Under the pieces are notes generated by a model. The model had not been told where the DNA came from. It searched no databases and saw only the letters and a list, made by a program, of their open reading frames with translations. 64,000 nucleotides of DNA, taken from the NCBI GenBank assembly GCA_904373265.1, contig CAJFEE010000008.1, positions 1,132 to 65,131 of the forward strand, read 5' to 3'. The DNA comes from Candidatus Harrysmithiimonas galli (lineage in GTDB: Bacteria > Bacillota > Bacilli > CAJFEE01). Shown here in pieces: positions 1 to 10,246 of this stretch (the stretch's first letter is position 1; each line of letters opens with the position of its first letter). The position numbers were made by a program, and so were the translations under genes.

Positions 1-589
1 AAATGCTGAAGCTTTTAACCATTATCCTGACGTATAGAGGAGCAAAGGAGTTCCACAAATAAAAAAGACCTATGTGAAAAACTTTTGCTTTCATGGACAA
101 TTGAGGCGGCACAAAAATCAAAATATATTACAAATCCTCTCGTGTCTTCTGATAACTATAGGTACCAGCGATCGCTAGAAAATATAATGACGTAATCTCC
201 TAGGTCTTTTTACTACAAATGCAACTTCTAGTATGGATGTATCACTTTCATTATGATGAATAACTTTAAAAGACTATGATTATCTTAATAGGCTTCATCC
301 CAATATCGCCTTTACATACAAATATCCATATTGGACAATCCCCCAAATCTAAAACGAAAAAACACCCAATGTATAAGTGTTATAAAGATAGAATCATTTC
401 CATATCTCATTGTACTATATTGCTAAGCAACCATACAGAAAAAATATACCATTAATTCCAAAGCTACATCCTACAAAAATAGACAAAACAATCAAAAATA
501 TTTCCTGTTACATGGCAGATTTATACTGGAATCGCTCACAAAATCAGATAAACCAATAAGCCTCTTTATCATTTAAAGAAGAATCTAAA

Positions 590-630
590 AGAGGTATAAA
601 AGGTTATAATGAACCTTTATACCTCTTTTT
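590..630. terminator. Bidirectional hairpin overlapping the maf stop codon
   Basis: agaggtataaaaggtt (590-605) pairs with aacctttatacctct (612-626). It is flanked by an A-run upstream and a T-run downstream. Confidence 0.45.
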
Positions 631-2494
631 CCATATTTGTTTGATATTTTTTCGTTTCCTCATCTACTACAGCTTGAATAAATCTTAACTCCGGTTCCAT
701 TAAGAAATGTGCTTTTTCAATCATATCAATGACGTTCGTTAGTAGCTTCCATTTTTCTGTAGCAAGTTGTTTCTTGGTTAAGTGCTTTTCAAACAATGTT
801 TTGGCACGATCTGATTCCTGCTGTAAAACACCTTCAATAACTGGCATAATTACATGGATATAATATGGATTTTTTTCCACCTTTATCATATGATCATCAT
901 ATACCCCAAAAAGATTCTCTACTCTTTCCATTCGATTATTTTCAAGTGCTTTTCCAATTTTCACCAAACAATCTTGAATATTTGTAATCCGTTTATAGAA
1001 ACGATTCTTTTCTCTTAATAAATTTTTGTATTGTAAAGAAACGGTTTCATAACGTTCTTCTTTCTTTTTCTCTGTTAATGTAGATTCAACAATTTCTTCA
1101 AACCAATTTTCCTCTACAATGGGTTCCGTTAATTTTTTTTCCATCACCGTTTTAAGAGGAATAAATACTGTTCCTTCAATTTTGGCACCACCAATGGTTG
1201 TATTGATAATATCTTTGCGATTATAAATCTGTATAAAATATTCAAGCATAGATTTCATTATCAAATAAGATTCTCTCGTATATACTATTTCTCCTGTAAC
1301 ACCAATGGTTGTTGGGAATTTTTCAATTTCATCAGAACTTCCTAAATCTTTATACTGCATAATCGCTTTTGCATACTCTTGTTTATCAAATAAGGCCAAA
1401 TTTTGTCCCACAAAAATAATATTCTTCGTGTTCAATTTTAATAATACTTGCAATAATACAGCTGCTATTGTTGGAGAATCCTGCACAATATCTAGTGAAT
1501 CCACTTGAAATAAATAAGAAGACAGCCAACCACGATTAATATGAATATGTGCCATTTTTCCACGATATTTTTGTAGAATTTCAAAGCCAATCGTAGTGCC
1601 AAATACAAGCGGAATATTTTTTTCCTTATCCAGTATCGGTTGAAATACCACTTCCATATTTTTAGCAGACGGATCAAAACTAAATAAAGCATCCGGTTCA
1701 ATTCCATGAGCCAGCAGTGTATGAATCGCAGAACCGACTGCAAAAATATAGGCTGTTTTATCGCGTTTAATTTTCTGTAAATTTTCAATTTCAAAGTTTA
1801 ATGATGGACCAGCAGAAACAATCAATACACTTTTATTTTGAAAAAATTCTTTGATCTTTGTATCCAAAAAACAAGGTGTTCGATATGTTTTTTCAAAATT
1901 TAAAATGGTATTCCCCATCCAACGGGTTTGATAAAGTGCAATTGCAGTTTTATTTATTTTCCAGTCTTGCAAAAACTTTTTATATTGGCTTAAGAATTGT
2001 TCATATTCTTTTTGAAAATATTGTTGATAGATGGGAAGGATAAGTACAAGTACATCTCTTTTCAAAATATTTTGTATATCTCCATACAAATCACCAACCA
2101 TATATGCATTGATTTTTTGCAAATCAAATTGATTCAATAAATAATTAAAAATTTCGATATTTGGCTCATAAAGATATACCGTTTTCTTTGGGTATATTTC
2201 TTTCAGTACTTCAATGGGATAGCCCAATCCCGCACCAAAAAATAAAATAAAATCATGAGCCTCTATTTCTTCTTTATATTTTTCTAAGAATGCTTTGGAT
2301 TCATTCATTGGATCATATAAACTATGTATACGAATTTTCTCACTATAATTTTCCTGTAAATAATGATAACCTTTTTTTCCTTTTTTAACAGAAAACTTCT
2401 TGGATAATGAATTTTCTTGATTATGGTACTCTAATATCCTTTGATATAAACTGGGACTTTTTTTTGCTAAAAGTTTTAAATTTTTTTCAAGCAT
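617..2494 (-). CDS. maf: Motility-accessory-factor (Maf, DUF115/MptE-like) putative flagellin glycosyltransferase
   Basis: 625 aa with the LIVSAGPSLN motif typical of DUF115 Maf proteins. It lies immediately downstream of flagellin. Confidence 0.75.
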   Translation of the reverse strand: MLEKNLKLLAKKSPSLYQRILEYHNQENSLSKKFSVKKGKKGYHYLQENYSEKIRIHSLYDPMNESKAFLEKYKEEIEAHDFILFFGAGLGYPIEVLKEIYPKKTVYLYEPNIEIFNYLLNQFDLQKINAYMVGDLYGDIQNILKRDVLVLILPIYQQYFQKEYEQFLSQYKKFLQDWKINKTAIALYQTRWMGNTILNFEKTYRTPCFLDTKIKEFFQNKSVLIVSAGPSLNFEIENLQKIKRDKTAYIFAVGSAIHTLLAHGIEPDALFSFDPSAKNMEVVFQPILDKEKNIPLVFGTTIGFEILQKYRGKMAHIHINRGWLSSYLFQVDSLDIVQDSPTIAAVLLQVLLKLNTKNIIFVGQNLALFDKQEYAKAIMQYKDLGSSDEIEKFPTTIGVTGEIVYTRESYLIMKSMLEYFIQIYNRKDIINTTIGGAKIEGTVFIPLKTVMEKKLTEPIVEENWFEEIVESTLTEKKKEERYETVSLQYKNLLREKNRFYKRITNIQDCLVKIGKALENNRMERVENLFGVYDDHMIKVEKNPYYIHVIMPVIEGVLQQESDRAKTLFEKHLTKKQLATEKWKLLTNVIDMIEKAHFLMEPELRFIQAVVDEETKKYQTNMEKEV

Positions 2495-2530
2495 AATATC
2501 TTCCTCCCTACATCGTATATTTTAACATAA

Positions 2531-2560
2531 AAAAAAGAGTTGAGAAACTCTCAACTCTTT
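2531..2560 (-). terminator. Rho-independent terminator of the flagellin gene
   Basis: agagttgaga/tctcaactct 10-bp stem with a short loop. On the minus strand it is followed by a T8 run. Confidence 0.7.
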
Positions 2561-2574
2561 TGAAGATTTTACAA

Positions 2575-3828
2575 TTATTGTAATAATTGCAGTACACCTT
2601 GTGGTACTTGGTTGGCTTGTGCAAGCATAGCTTGAGACGCTTGAGAAAGGATGTTGTTTTTCGTTAACTCCATCATTTCCTTCGCCATATCTACATCGCG
2701 AATACGAGATTCTGCAGAAGATAAGTTTTCAGAAGCTGTAGTTAAGTTATTAATTGTGTGTTCCAAACGGTTTTGTACTGCCCCTAAGCTACTTCTTTGC
2801 GCAGATACTTTTGTTAATGCAGCATTGACTCTTTCAATTGCAGCACTTGCTGACCATTTATCTGTTACATCAATTTGATCAATATCTAGTGCTTTGGAAC
2901 GCATATCATTCATAGACAAGAACGATGTTTGACCACCATTTGCACCAATTTGTGTTAAAATCGCTGAATTTACATCTGCTTCTGCATCTTGTTTTGCACC
3001 GAATACAAAAGTAATGGATTCTCCAACTTTTAATCCACCAGATGCAGCAGCATTAGCAAGACCAGAAATATCAATAGAAACAGCTTTATTTCCTGTTCCA
3101 GATGCAAATACTGCAGAACCTGACAAGAAGGTAAAACTACCACCACTTACTTTAAAGTCAGTAGTCCCACTGCCTCCACCAGCTTGCAATTTAATTGTAC
3201 TTTCAACTCCATCATTATCATAAACTTTAAACTCGAGAACTGTAGTGGTTCCAGACATAGTCTCATTCGTTTTTATTAACGTATAAGAACCATTTACTTG
3301 TGCATCTTTTGCTTGTTCTTGGAAAACCTGTAGTTCATCTTGGGTAATGGTTAGATTTGAGTTGTTATTCACTACGCCACTACCATCTCTTTTTTCAACA
3401 ACCCCTTTAGCTGTACCATCCAATAATTTTTTCGTATTAAATTCTGTTGTATTTCCGATACGGTCAACTTCAGCAATCAACTGATTAATCTCAGCTTGCA
3501 ACTCTGTACGGTCAGCGTCTGTGTTTGTATCGTTTGTTGCTTGAACAGCAAGCTCACGCATACGTTGCAAAATGGAATGAGTTTCGTTTAACGCACCCTC
3601 AGCTGTTTGGATTAGAGAGATAGAGTCGTTCGCATTTTTAGTTGCCATATCCAAACCACGGATTTGCGCACGCATTTTTTCGGAAATTGCTAAACCTGCA
3701 GCATCATCGCCCGCACGGTTAATACGTAAACCTGAAGACAATTTCTCCATATTTTTTGAAGCATTTAATTGATTTGCACCCAATTTATTGTAGGTGTTTA
3801 ATGCACTAATATTGTGATTGATTCTCAT
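2575..3828 (-). CDS. fliC: Flagellin
   Basis: N-terminus [17 protein letters not shown]...[31 protein letters not shown]-terminus [15 protein letters not shown]...[15 protein letters not shown]. The central domain is Ser/Thr/Gly-rich. Confidence 0.96.
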   Translation of the reverse strand: MRINHNISALNTYNKLGANQLNASKNMEKLSSGLRINRAGDDAAGLAISEKMRAQIRGLDMATKNANDSISLIQTAEGALNETHSILQRMRELAVQATNDTNTDADRTELQAEINQLIAEVDRIGNTTEFNTKKLLDGTAKGVVEKRDGSGVVNNNSNLTITQDELQVFQEQAKDAQVNGSYTLIKTNETMSGTTTVLEFKVYDNDGVESTIKLQAGGGSGTTDFKVSGGSFTFLSGSAVFASGTGNKAVSIDISGLANAAASGGLKVGESITFVFGAKQDAEADVNSAILTQIGANGGQTSFLSMNDMRSKALDIDQIDVTDKWSASAAIERVNAALTKVSAQRSSLGAVQNRLEHTINNLTTASENLSSAESRIRDVDMAKEMMELTKNNILSQASQAMLAQANQVPQGVLQLLQ

Positions 3829-3951
3829 GATAATAAACCTCCATGTTTTATAATGTTATTTTTCATCCTACACATCCATGTGAAGGAGTATTTGAAGCTC
3901 TACACTTAAACGATTCCGGACTCATTCAATTGTATCATCTTCACATTAATT

Positions 3952-3977
3952 ATATCGGAAGATGTTGAAAAAGTTTA
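3952..3977 (-). promoter_or_regulatory. Sigma-D (sigma-28) type promoter for flagellin
   Basis: Minus strand reads TAAA-N15-CCGATAT: TAAA at 3977-3974, a 15-nt spacer, CCGATAT at 3958-3952. The consensus is TAAA-N15-GCCGATAT. The site lies ~125 nt upstream of the ATG. Confidence 0.65.
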
Positions 3978-4446
3978 AGATCTTTTTGTAAAAATATAAG
4001 ATTTTTTTCTCTACACTTTTTTAATATCTGATCTTCTAAATTACATAATCCTGCTCCCCATCTGGTAATATTGGGAACATTGATAAACTCAGCTCTCTTT
4101 CATAAAAATGTTGGGACACAGGCTATTCAGCCGCAAGTACTTCAAAATTCTTTTGATAAAACGGAAATTGATAAACCAGAATATAATGAACTTACATATA
4201 AACTCTTTGCTTCAACTAAGTATTCAAAATAATGACTTTCGTTTATTTTTATCCTTTACTTGAAGCGGAAATAAACGATATATGTGCAAATCGTTGGAAA
4301 ACATTTCAAAACCTAATGCGTAGTGTTCCTCAAAGATAAATCTATCCAATAATTAATCATTTGAATACTATATTCATCAATATATTGACGATATAAAGCT
4401 TCTATACCCAACTCTCTTCCTCACCTAAAATAACACTTGTATAATT

Positions 4447-5406
4447 CTAGCTCTCCACAATATGCTTAACAATTCTCTTCACACCTTGTCCATCTACTAG
4501 ATTGGGTAGTTTTTTGAAACCATTTTTCAAAATTTCTTCAAATCTCTGTTGTAAATCTTCAAAACAATAACAAACAGGTATATTAAACTGTTCAAGACCT
4601 TTCGCATTATTTACTTGATTATCAACAACTTGAATTGGAATAAATGGTGTACCTGTACATAACAATTCATAAACCGTTTGACCACAAGCTGAAATAACAC
4701 CCTCACTTTGCTGCATAAATTGTTTCATTTCATCTGCAGATGAATAAGATACCAATTCTATATTTGAAACAAATTGCTTTTCCATTTCAATCTCATCTAA
4801 ACATGTATCATCTGCACCTATAATAATCTTAAAATTTTTTTCTGTATGTTTCGTACAAATTTCTTTTATTATTCTTGGAATTAAATTTAATATATCCATT
4901 CCTCCAAGTGTGACTAACCATTGATTTTTAACTTTCAATGAATTTACATCATTTACACATTTTTGAAATGGTTCTCTTAAAATCGCATAGGCTACTCCAA
5001 GCAGATCATTTTCAATAACCTTTCTCGAATAGCCTAGACTTTTGGCATTTAATGATGGATTGATAATCGTTGCTGTCTCTGGAAATTTCAAACGACAATT
5101 ATCATCAATAACCCACAGTCTCTTTACTTTTTTGGCCAACCATTCATACACATTTATTGAAGCTAAATATGAATCTATAACTACCTGATCATCTTCGGTA
5201 AGAAAACCTTGTAAAAAATCAATGTTTTTCCAATCTGTATATTGATACTCTCCCTCAATTTGTAATGGAAGTTCAGACATTTTATCTATGATTATTTTTA
5301 CTTCTACTTGATGTTTTTGCAATTCTTTATGGATGGCTAGACAGCGTGTGACATGCCCTAGCCCAATTCCTAAACCACCTTCGGTTAGAATATAAATTTT
5401 CTGCAT
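4447..5406 (-). CDS. PseG-like nucleotide-sugar hydrolase (GT28-like fold)
   Basis: 319 aa with N-terminal GGLGIGLGHVTRCLAI and central GGMD..N. The pattern resembles PseG/SpsG. It abuts the PseB-like gene. Confidence 0.65.
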   Translation of the reverse strand: MQKIYILTEGGLGIGLGHVTRCLAIHKELQKHQVEVKIIIDKMSELPLQIEGEYQYTDWKNIDFLQGFLTEDDQVVIDSYLASINVYEWLAKKVKRLWVIDDNCRLKFPETATIINPSLNAKSLGYSRKVIENDLLGVAYAILREPFQKCVNDVNSLKVKNQWLVTLGGMDILNLIPRIIKEICTKHTEKNFKIIIGADDTCLDEIEMEKQFVSNIELVSYSSADEMKQFMQQSEGVISACGQTVYELLCTGTPFIPIQVVDNQVNNAKGLEQFNIPVCYCFEDLQQRFEEILKNGFKKLPNLVDGQGVKRIVKHIVES

Positions 5407-5407
5407 A

Positions 5408-6421
5408 TCAAAATCCCATTTCTAACTGTTTAATTTTCTCACGTAACGCTTTCACATCTAGCCACTCTGAATTTTTTCCAGAACTGTATTCAAATCCACA
5501 TTCAATCTGTTTTCCACCTGGTGTGAAACACTTATCAAAATCCCACCACTCAAAGTTTGGATAAATAATATAGTGCTTATCATATTCATAGGTATTTCGT
5601 GAATCATCCATTGTAATCATAACTTCATGAATTTTCTCACCTTCACGAATTCCAATTTCCTTCGTTAGTAATGTAGGAGCCATCGCTTCTGCCAGATCTA
5701 TAATTTTAAAAGATGGAATCTTGGAAATATAGGTTTCTCCTCCTTTAGATTCCTCTAATGCTTTAAACACAAGCTGAACCCCTTCTTCAAGAGTAATCCA
5801 AAATCTTGTCATCTCATAATCTGTAATTGGGAGCGCATCTGCCCCCGTTTCAATAAGCTTTGTAAAAAAAGGAATCACCGAACCTCGGCTACCAGCTACA
5901 TTCCCATAACGAACGACAGAAAAAATTGGTCCTTCTTGTTTCAAATATCCATTTGCAGATACAAAGAGCTTGTCAGAAGTTAATTTTGTTGCCCCGTATA
6001 AATTAATCGGATTTACTGCCTTATCTGTCGATAAGGCAACAACCTTTTTCACACCTTGATCTATTGCTGCATCAATCACATTCATTGCGCCATGAATATT
6101 CGTATAAATCGCCTCTGTTGGATTGTATTCACAAGCAGGTACTTGTTTCATCGCCGCTGCGTGAATAACATAATCAACACCATTGAATGCCCGATATAAA
6201 CGATTTTGATCACGAACATCTCCAAGAAAAAAGGAAAGTCGAGCCATTTGACTTTCCTTTAATTTTTTTTGGAATAATAGCTTAACCTGAGATTGTTTGA
6301 ACTCATCACGTGAGAAAATAATGATTTTTTTGGGTTGGAATGATTCAAAAATCATCTCAATACATTTTTTTCCGAAGGAGCCTGTCCCACCTGTAATAAG
6401 TATGGTTTGATTGTTTAACAT
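5408..6421 (-). CDS. pseB: UDP-N-acetylglucosamine 4,6-dehydratase (inverting), PseB/FlaA1/CapD-like
   Basis: 337 aa, ILITGGTGSFGKK Rossmann motif, and a YGATK catalytic motif. Confidence 0.85.
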   Translation of the reverse strand: MLNNQTILITGGTGSFGKKCIEMIFESFQPKKIIIFSRDEFKQSQVKLLFQKKLKESQMARLSFFLGDVRDQNRLYRAFNGVDYVIHAAAMKQVPACEYNPTEAIYTNIHGAMNVIDAAIDQGVKKVVALSTDKAVNPINLYGATKLTSDKLFVSANGYLKQEGPIFSVVRYGNVAGSRGSVIPFFTKLIETGADALPITDYEMTRFWITLEEGVQLVFKALEESKGGETYISKIPSFKIIDLAEAMAPTLLTKEIGIREGEKIHEVMITMDDSRNTYEYDKHYIIYPNFEWWDFDKCFTPGGKQIECGFEYSSGKNSEWLDVKALREKIKQLEMGF

Positions 6422-6477
6422 AGACTTTCACTCCTAAACTTAAAAAACATTTTATCTACATCTATTATAACGTAATT

Positions 6478-7566
6478 TTATGATTTAAAAATATCTAAAT
6501 CACAGTTCCTCAATATTTCTCCAGAATTTTTATTACATAAAAATATTTTTCCAACAATCTCCTCCATTTGATAAGGAAAAATCCCATCCCTTGGTGCAGG
6601 ACGTAAAGCAACTACATCTTCTGGCAGTAACACATCCCCTTTATTTTTATCTACTTTCATATAAAGTGCTCTTCTTTGTACAACCACAGTTTCTTTTTCA
6701 TTTTCTTCCACTTTTTTTATATCAGATCCAAGTGCTAACTCAAGTTCTTTTGAACGAGCAACCATTTCTTTCCATGTTTTTGGATTCATAGAAAAAGGAT
6801 GATCAGGTCCTATCCGGTTATTGTCATCTGTAAAATGCTTTTCTATAACACGTGCCCCTAAAGTAATCGCACCCAAAACTGTCGAATGACCGGGTGTATG
6901 ATCAGATAGTCCAAGTATCATTTTTGGATACTTTTTTGCAAATGCACGTAATACATTCAATTGAATATATTTAAAGTTTTCCAAGCTACCTGTATAATTT
7001 GTATTACATTGCATAAGCACAATTTGTCGATTCCAATTAAGAATTTTTTCGACTGCTCTTTCTACATCCGACATTGTAGAAGCTCCTGTTGCTAAAAGAA
7101 CTGGCTTTCCCTTTTGTGAAATCGTTTCAATAAACTCTATCCAAGTTATGTCTCCTGAACCGATTTTGTAAGCAGGGATGTATGAGTCAAGCATATCAAT
7201 CACTTCATAGTCGTATGGTGTCGTAAAAAAATCAATCTTTGCTTTTTTAGCTTCCTCAATTAAAATGAAGTTCCATTCTCGATTTAATTCGTACTGTTTA
7301 AAAACCTCGTATACAGATTTTTCCCAATTGGCTTGGTGCGAGACTTGAACCCCTAATCGTTTAAAACCTGCATCACTTATAATTTGATCCGCCTTAAAAT
7401 GCTGAAATTTCACTGCATCTGCACCAGCTTCTTTTGCCAACCATATCAAATCTTTTGCTCGGGATAACTCTCCATCATGATTTGAAGCAATATCGGCAAT
7501 AAAATACGTAGGGGATTGTAAAGAAATATTTCGATTACCTATCTTAATACTTGAATCATAATTCAT
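6478..7566 (-). CDS. NeuB-family sugar-PEP condensing synthase (nonulosonic acid synthase-like) with C-terminal SAF domain
   Basis: 362 aa with IADIASNHDGELSRAKDLI...AVKFQ. The length and C-terminal region fit NeuB/PseI/SpsE. Confidence 0.8.
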   Translation of the reverse strand: MNYDSSIKIGNRNISLQSPTYFIADIASNHDGELSRAKDLIWLAKEAGADAVKFQHFKADQIISDAGFKRLGVQVSHQANWEKSVYEVFKQYELNREWNFILIEEAKKAKIDFFTTPYDYEVIDMLDSYIPAYKIGSGDITWIEFIETISQKGKPVLLATGASTMSDVERAVEKILNWNRQIVLMQCNTNYTGSLENFKYIQLNVLRAFAKKYPKMILGLSDHTPGHSTVLGAITLGARVIEKHFTDDNNRIGPDHPFSMNPKTWKEMVARSKELELALGSDIKKVEENEKETVVVQRRALYMKVDKNKGDVLLPEDVVALRPAPRDGIFPYQMEEIVGKIFLCNKNSGEILRNCDLDIFKS

Positions 7567-8438
7567 AACAATTCCTCCAAATAATATGTATATAGATTTT
7601 CAATTACCTCATCGATTGACGGAACCTTATTTTTTCTAAGGATTTTTGCTAATTTTTGTGTATCCAATCCTAAAGTATTTGCGCGAATTATCGGAGAACT
7701 TTTTTCCATCCTCCCTTCGGTTATCGATGCCTGCAAACCAAATACAGAAAGAAATCTACAAATAAAATCATATTTTGAAATAGCTGTTGTCGATGCAATA
7801 TTTAGTACACCTGTATATTTTATATCTAATAATTCCAATAAAATTTTGGAAAAACAGTAAATATCAATACTAGAAGTAAAATAGTCTGCATATCCAATAA
7901 TTGACTGTTTTTCTTGTGCTTGTTGAATAACCCATTCAATAAATGTAGGACGCCCTTTTTGATTCCTAAACCCGACAATATTAGTTCGAACAATAAGAGA
8001 TTCTTTATAAGTTTGTGCTAAACATTCACCGATATATTTCGTTCTTGCATATTCATTCACCAATTTCACATCTGCATCTTCACAATGCAGCGTATTCTCT
8101 TTTTCTAAAAAATAATGATCTGTAGAAATTTGAATAAAATAGCTCCCCACTTCTTTACACACATTTGCTAAAATTCCTGGAAATCTTGCATTTACTATAT
8201 AAGCCTGCTCTTTATTTTCTTCGCAATATTTTAAATCAACAATTGCAATTGCGTTAATAACAATATCAGGCTGTTCTTGTAAGATTATTTCACAAATTTC
8301 CTTCTCATCTGTCCGTACATCTAAACAATACTGTGCATCTTTTCTTGACATGGTTAATACATTCTCATACTTCTTGCTTAGTGTAACATAAAGTGCTTGC
8401 CCAAGCATACCTGTAGAACCTAGTAATAATATTTTCAT
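7563..8438 (-). CDS. RmlD-like NAD(P)-dependent sugar reductase (YerF-like candidate)
   Basis: MKILLLGSTGMLGQAL Rossmann N-terminus. The ORF-track start at 8465 is GTG; the ATG at 8438 is the more likely start. Confidence 0.7.
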   Translation of the reverse strand: MKILLLGSTGMLGQALYVTLSKKYENVLTMSRKDAQYCLDVRTDEKEICEIILQEQPDIVINAIAIVDLKYCEENKEQAYIVNARFPGILANVCKEVGSYFIQISTDHYFLEKENTLHCEDADVKLVNEYARTKYIGECLAQTYKESLIVRTNIVGFRNQKGRPTFIEWVIQQAQEKQSIIGYADYFTSSIDIYCFSKILLELLDIKYTGVLNIASTTAISKYDFICRFLSVFGLQASITEGRMEKSSPIIRANTLGLDTQKLAKILRKNKVPSIDEVIENLYTYYLEELL

Positions 8439-8461
8439 TATTCTTATACCTATCTCTATTC

Positions 8462-10234
8462 TCACTCAAATTGTTCAACAACATCTATAAACGGATATAA
8501 TTCTTCTAATGACGAAGAGCTTAATGTACCATCTTGGTTTACTTTTGTTTGTGCTCTTGGAATCTCCTCAAATCTAATATCTCCAATTATTTCACAAATC
8601 ATTGGACGGTTATCTGACAAAGCCATTTTCAACCCTTCACTCAATTGATTTGTATGTTCAATTTTCAAATAAGGTAATCCGTATAGTTTCGCAATCTCTT
8701 TTAAATCCGGCAATCTAACCCCACTGTCTGCATTACAACCTGCCAAATTTCCTTTAAAATGATTATGTTGCATACTATATATGGACGAATATCCATTGTT
8801 ATTATAAATAAATAGTTTGATTGGTAATTGGTAAGTTGTCAGCAGTTGAAGTTCTTGTAAATTATGTTGCAAACTTCCGTCACCTTCAAAAATAATGGTT
8901 CTTCTCTTTCCACTTGCAATACATGCACCAATTACAGAAGGTAAACCATAACCCATAGAGCCTAAACCGCTTGATGAAACAACTCTTTGATTTTCTTTTA
9001 ATTGTATTCCCAAAACAGACGAAGTAAATACACGACCTGTTGGACTCACAACAAAAACATCTTGATCGTCTGATTGTTTGGATAACTCATATGAAAAATC
9101 TAACCCATAAATTCCTTCAGACTGAACAGGCGGTCTTTCTGAATAAATCGGGTATTTTTCTTTCATTTGTTCACAAAAATTCAGCCATTTAGTTTTTGTA
9201 TTAACAAATTTTTGTTCAGAATAAAACACCAAAAATCCTCGCATAAAATCTTTTGCATGACAACAAATTTTCTTCTGAAAGTCGATAGATGATATATTTA
9301 ATTCGTTTTCATCTATATCTACAATATATTTTTTTGCCTTCTTCGCGAAGTTCTTCTCATTATACGCTGTTAAATGTGCATTAATCCTTGCACCAATGAT
9401 CAATAAAAAATCAGCATTTTGCAAAATAAAATTGGAATAGCGTGGTGCGGGAGAGCCCGGATATCCAAAAAATAATGAATCATTATCTTTAAATAAGCCT
9501 TTGGCACGCCATGTCAACAATGTTGGAATTTTTAATTGTTCAACTAATAGTCTTGCTTCTCGTTCTGCTTGTCCCGAAATTACACCTTGACCAAACAAGA
9601 CAATTGGACTCTTAGCCTGTATAAGTTCACAGTATATTTCTTCAAAGTCTTCTTGTTTTACAATGGTTTGGGCACCCTTTTCCAAATGTGGACAAAATCC
9701 TTTTAATGTTTCTATATCAACATCAGCAGCTTGAATATCTAGAGGGATATCAATCCATACTGGTCCTTTTCTTCCTGTCGTTGCCAAATGTATGGCTTTC
9801 TCTAAATGATAACGAATATCTTCTTTATTCATTACTGTAACTGCATATTTTGTAACATCTTTCACCAATTTTGTAATTTGTACTTCTTGTAGACCCTTCA
9901 CACGCACACCTTCTGGCGCAAGCTCTGTTGTTTTAACTTGCCCAGAAATTACCAGCATTGGTGTGCTATCTTGAAAAGCAGAGACAACTCCAGTAATCGC
10001 ATTCGTTGCTCCTGGTCCTGTTGTTACCATACAAACGCCTAAATGGTTTGTATATTGCCCGTAAGCATCGGCACAAATTGATGTCGCTTGTTCATTTAAA
10101 TTATAGTAAGTCGAAATTTGTTCGCTTCTAGAAACGGAATCTAAAAGATGCATCATACCTCCACCTGAAAGTAAAAATACATCTCTTACTCCAATTTGTT
10201 CTAGATAATGAATTACATAATCTGATAATTTCAT
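8462..10234 (-). CDS. Thiamine-diphosphate-dependent enzyme of the acetolactate-synthase family (YerE-like sugar C-branching candidate)
   Basis: 590 aa with N-terminal ThDP pyrimidine-binding domain (GVCMVTTGPGATN). The C-terminal GDGSLQHNLQEL...NNNGY is a ThDP/Mg-binding motif. It sits inside a CDP-sugar cluster, not an ilv operon. Confidence 0.8.
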   Translation of the reverse strand: MKLSDYVIHYLEQIGVRDVFLLSGGGMMHLLDSVSRSEQISTYYNLNEQATSICADAYGQYTNHLGVCMVTTGPGATNAITGVVSAFQDSTPMLVISGQVKTTELAPEGVRVKGLQEVQITKLVKDVTKYAVTVMNKEDIRYHLEKAIHLATTGRKGPVWIDIPLDIQAADVDIETLKGFCPHLEKGAQTIVKQEDFEEIYCELIQAKSPIVLFGQGVISGQAEREARLLVEQLKIPTLLTWRAKGLFKDNDSLFFGYPGSPAPRYSNFILQNADFLLIIGARINAHLTAYNEKNFAKKAKKYIVDIDENELNISSIDFQKKICCHAKDFMRGFLVFYSEQKFVNTKTKWLNFCEQMKEKYPIYSERPPVQSEGIYGLDFSYELSKQSDDQDVFVVSPTGRVFTSSVLGIQLKENQRVVSSSGLGSMGYGLPSVIGACIASGKRRTIIFEGDGSLQHNLQELQLLTTYQLPIKLFIYNNNGYSSIYSMQHNHFKGNLAGCNADSGVRLPDLKEIAKLYGLPYLKIEHTNQLSEGLKMALSDNRPMICEIIGDIRFEEIPRAQTKVNQDGTLSSSSLEELYPFIDVVEQFE

Positions 10235-10246
10235 TTTAGAATTACC

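Noticed and set aside
62-211. 11-bp inverted repeat aaaaagaccta / taggtcttttt separated by 128 bp near the left window edge.
   Set aside because: It is a single short A/T-rich inverted repeat at the window edge with no associated ORF or second copy. The evidence cannot distinguish a structured RNA or MITE from chance.
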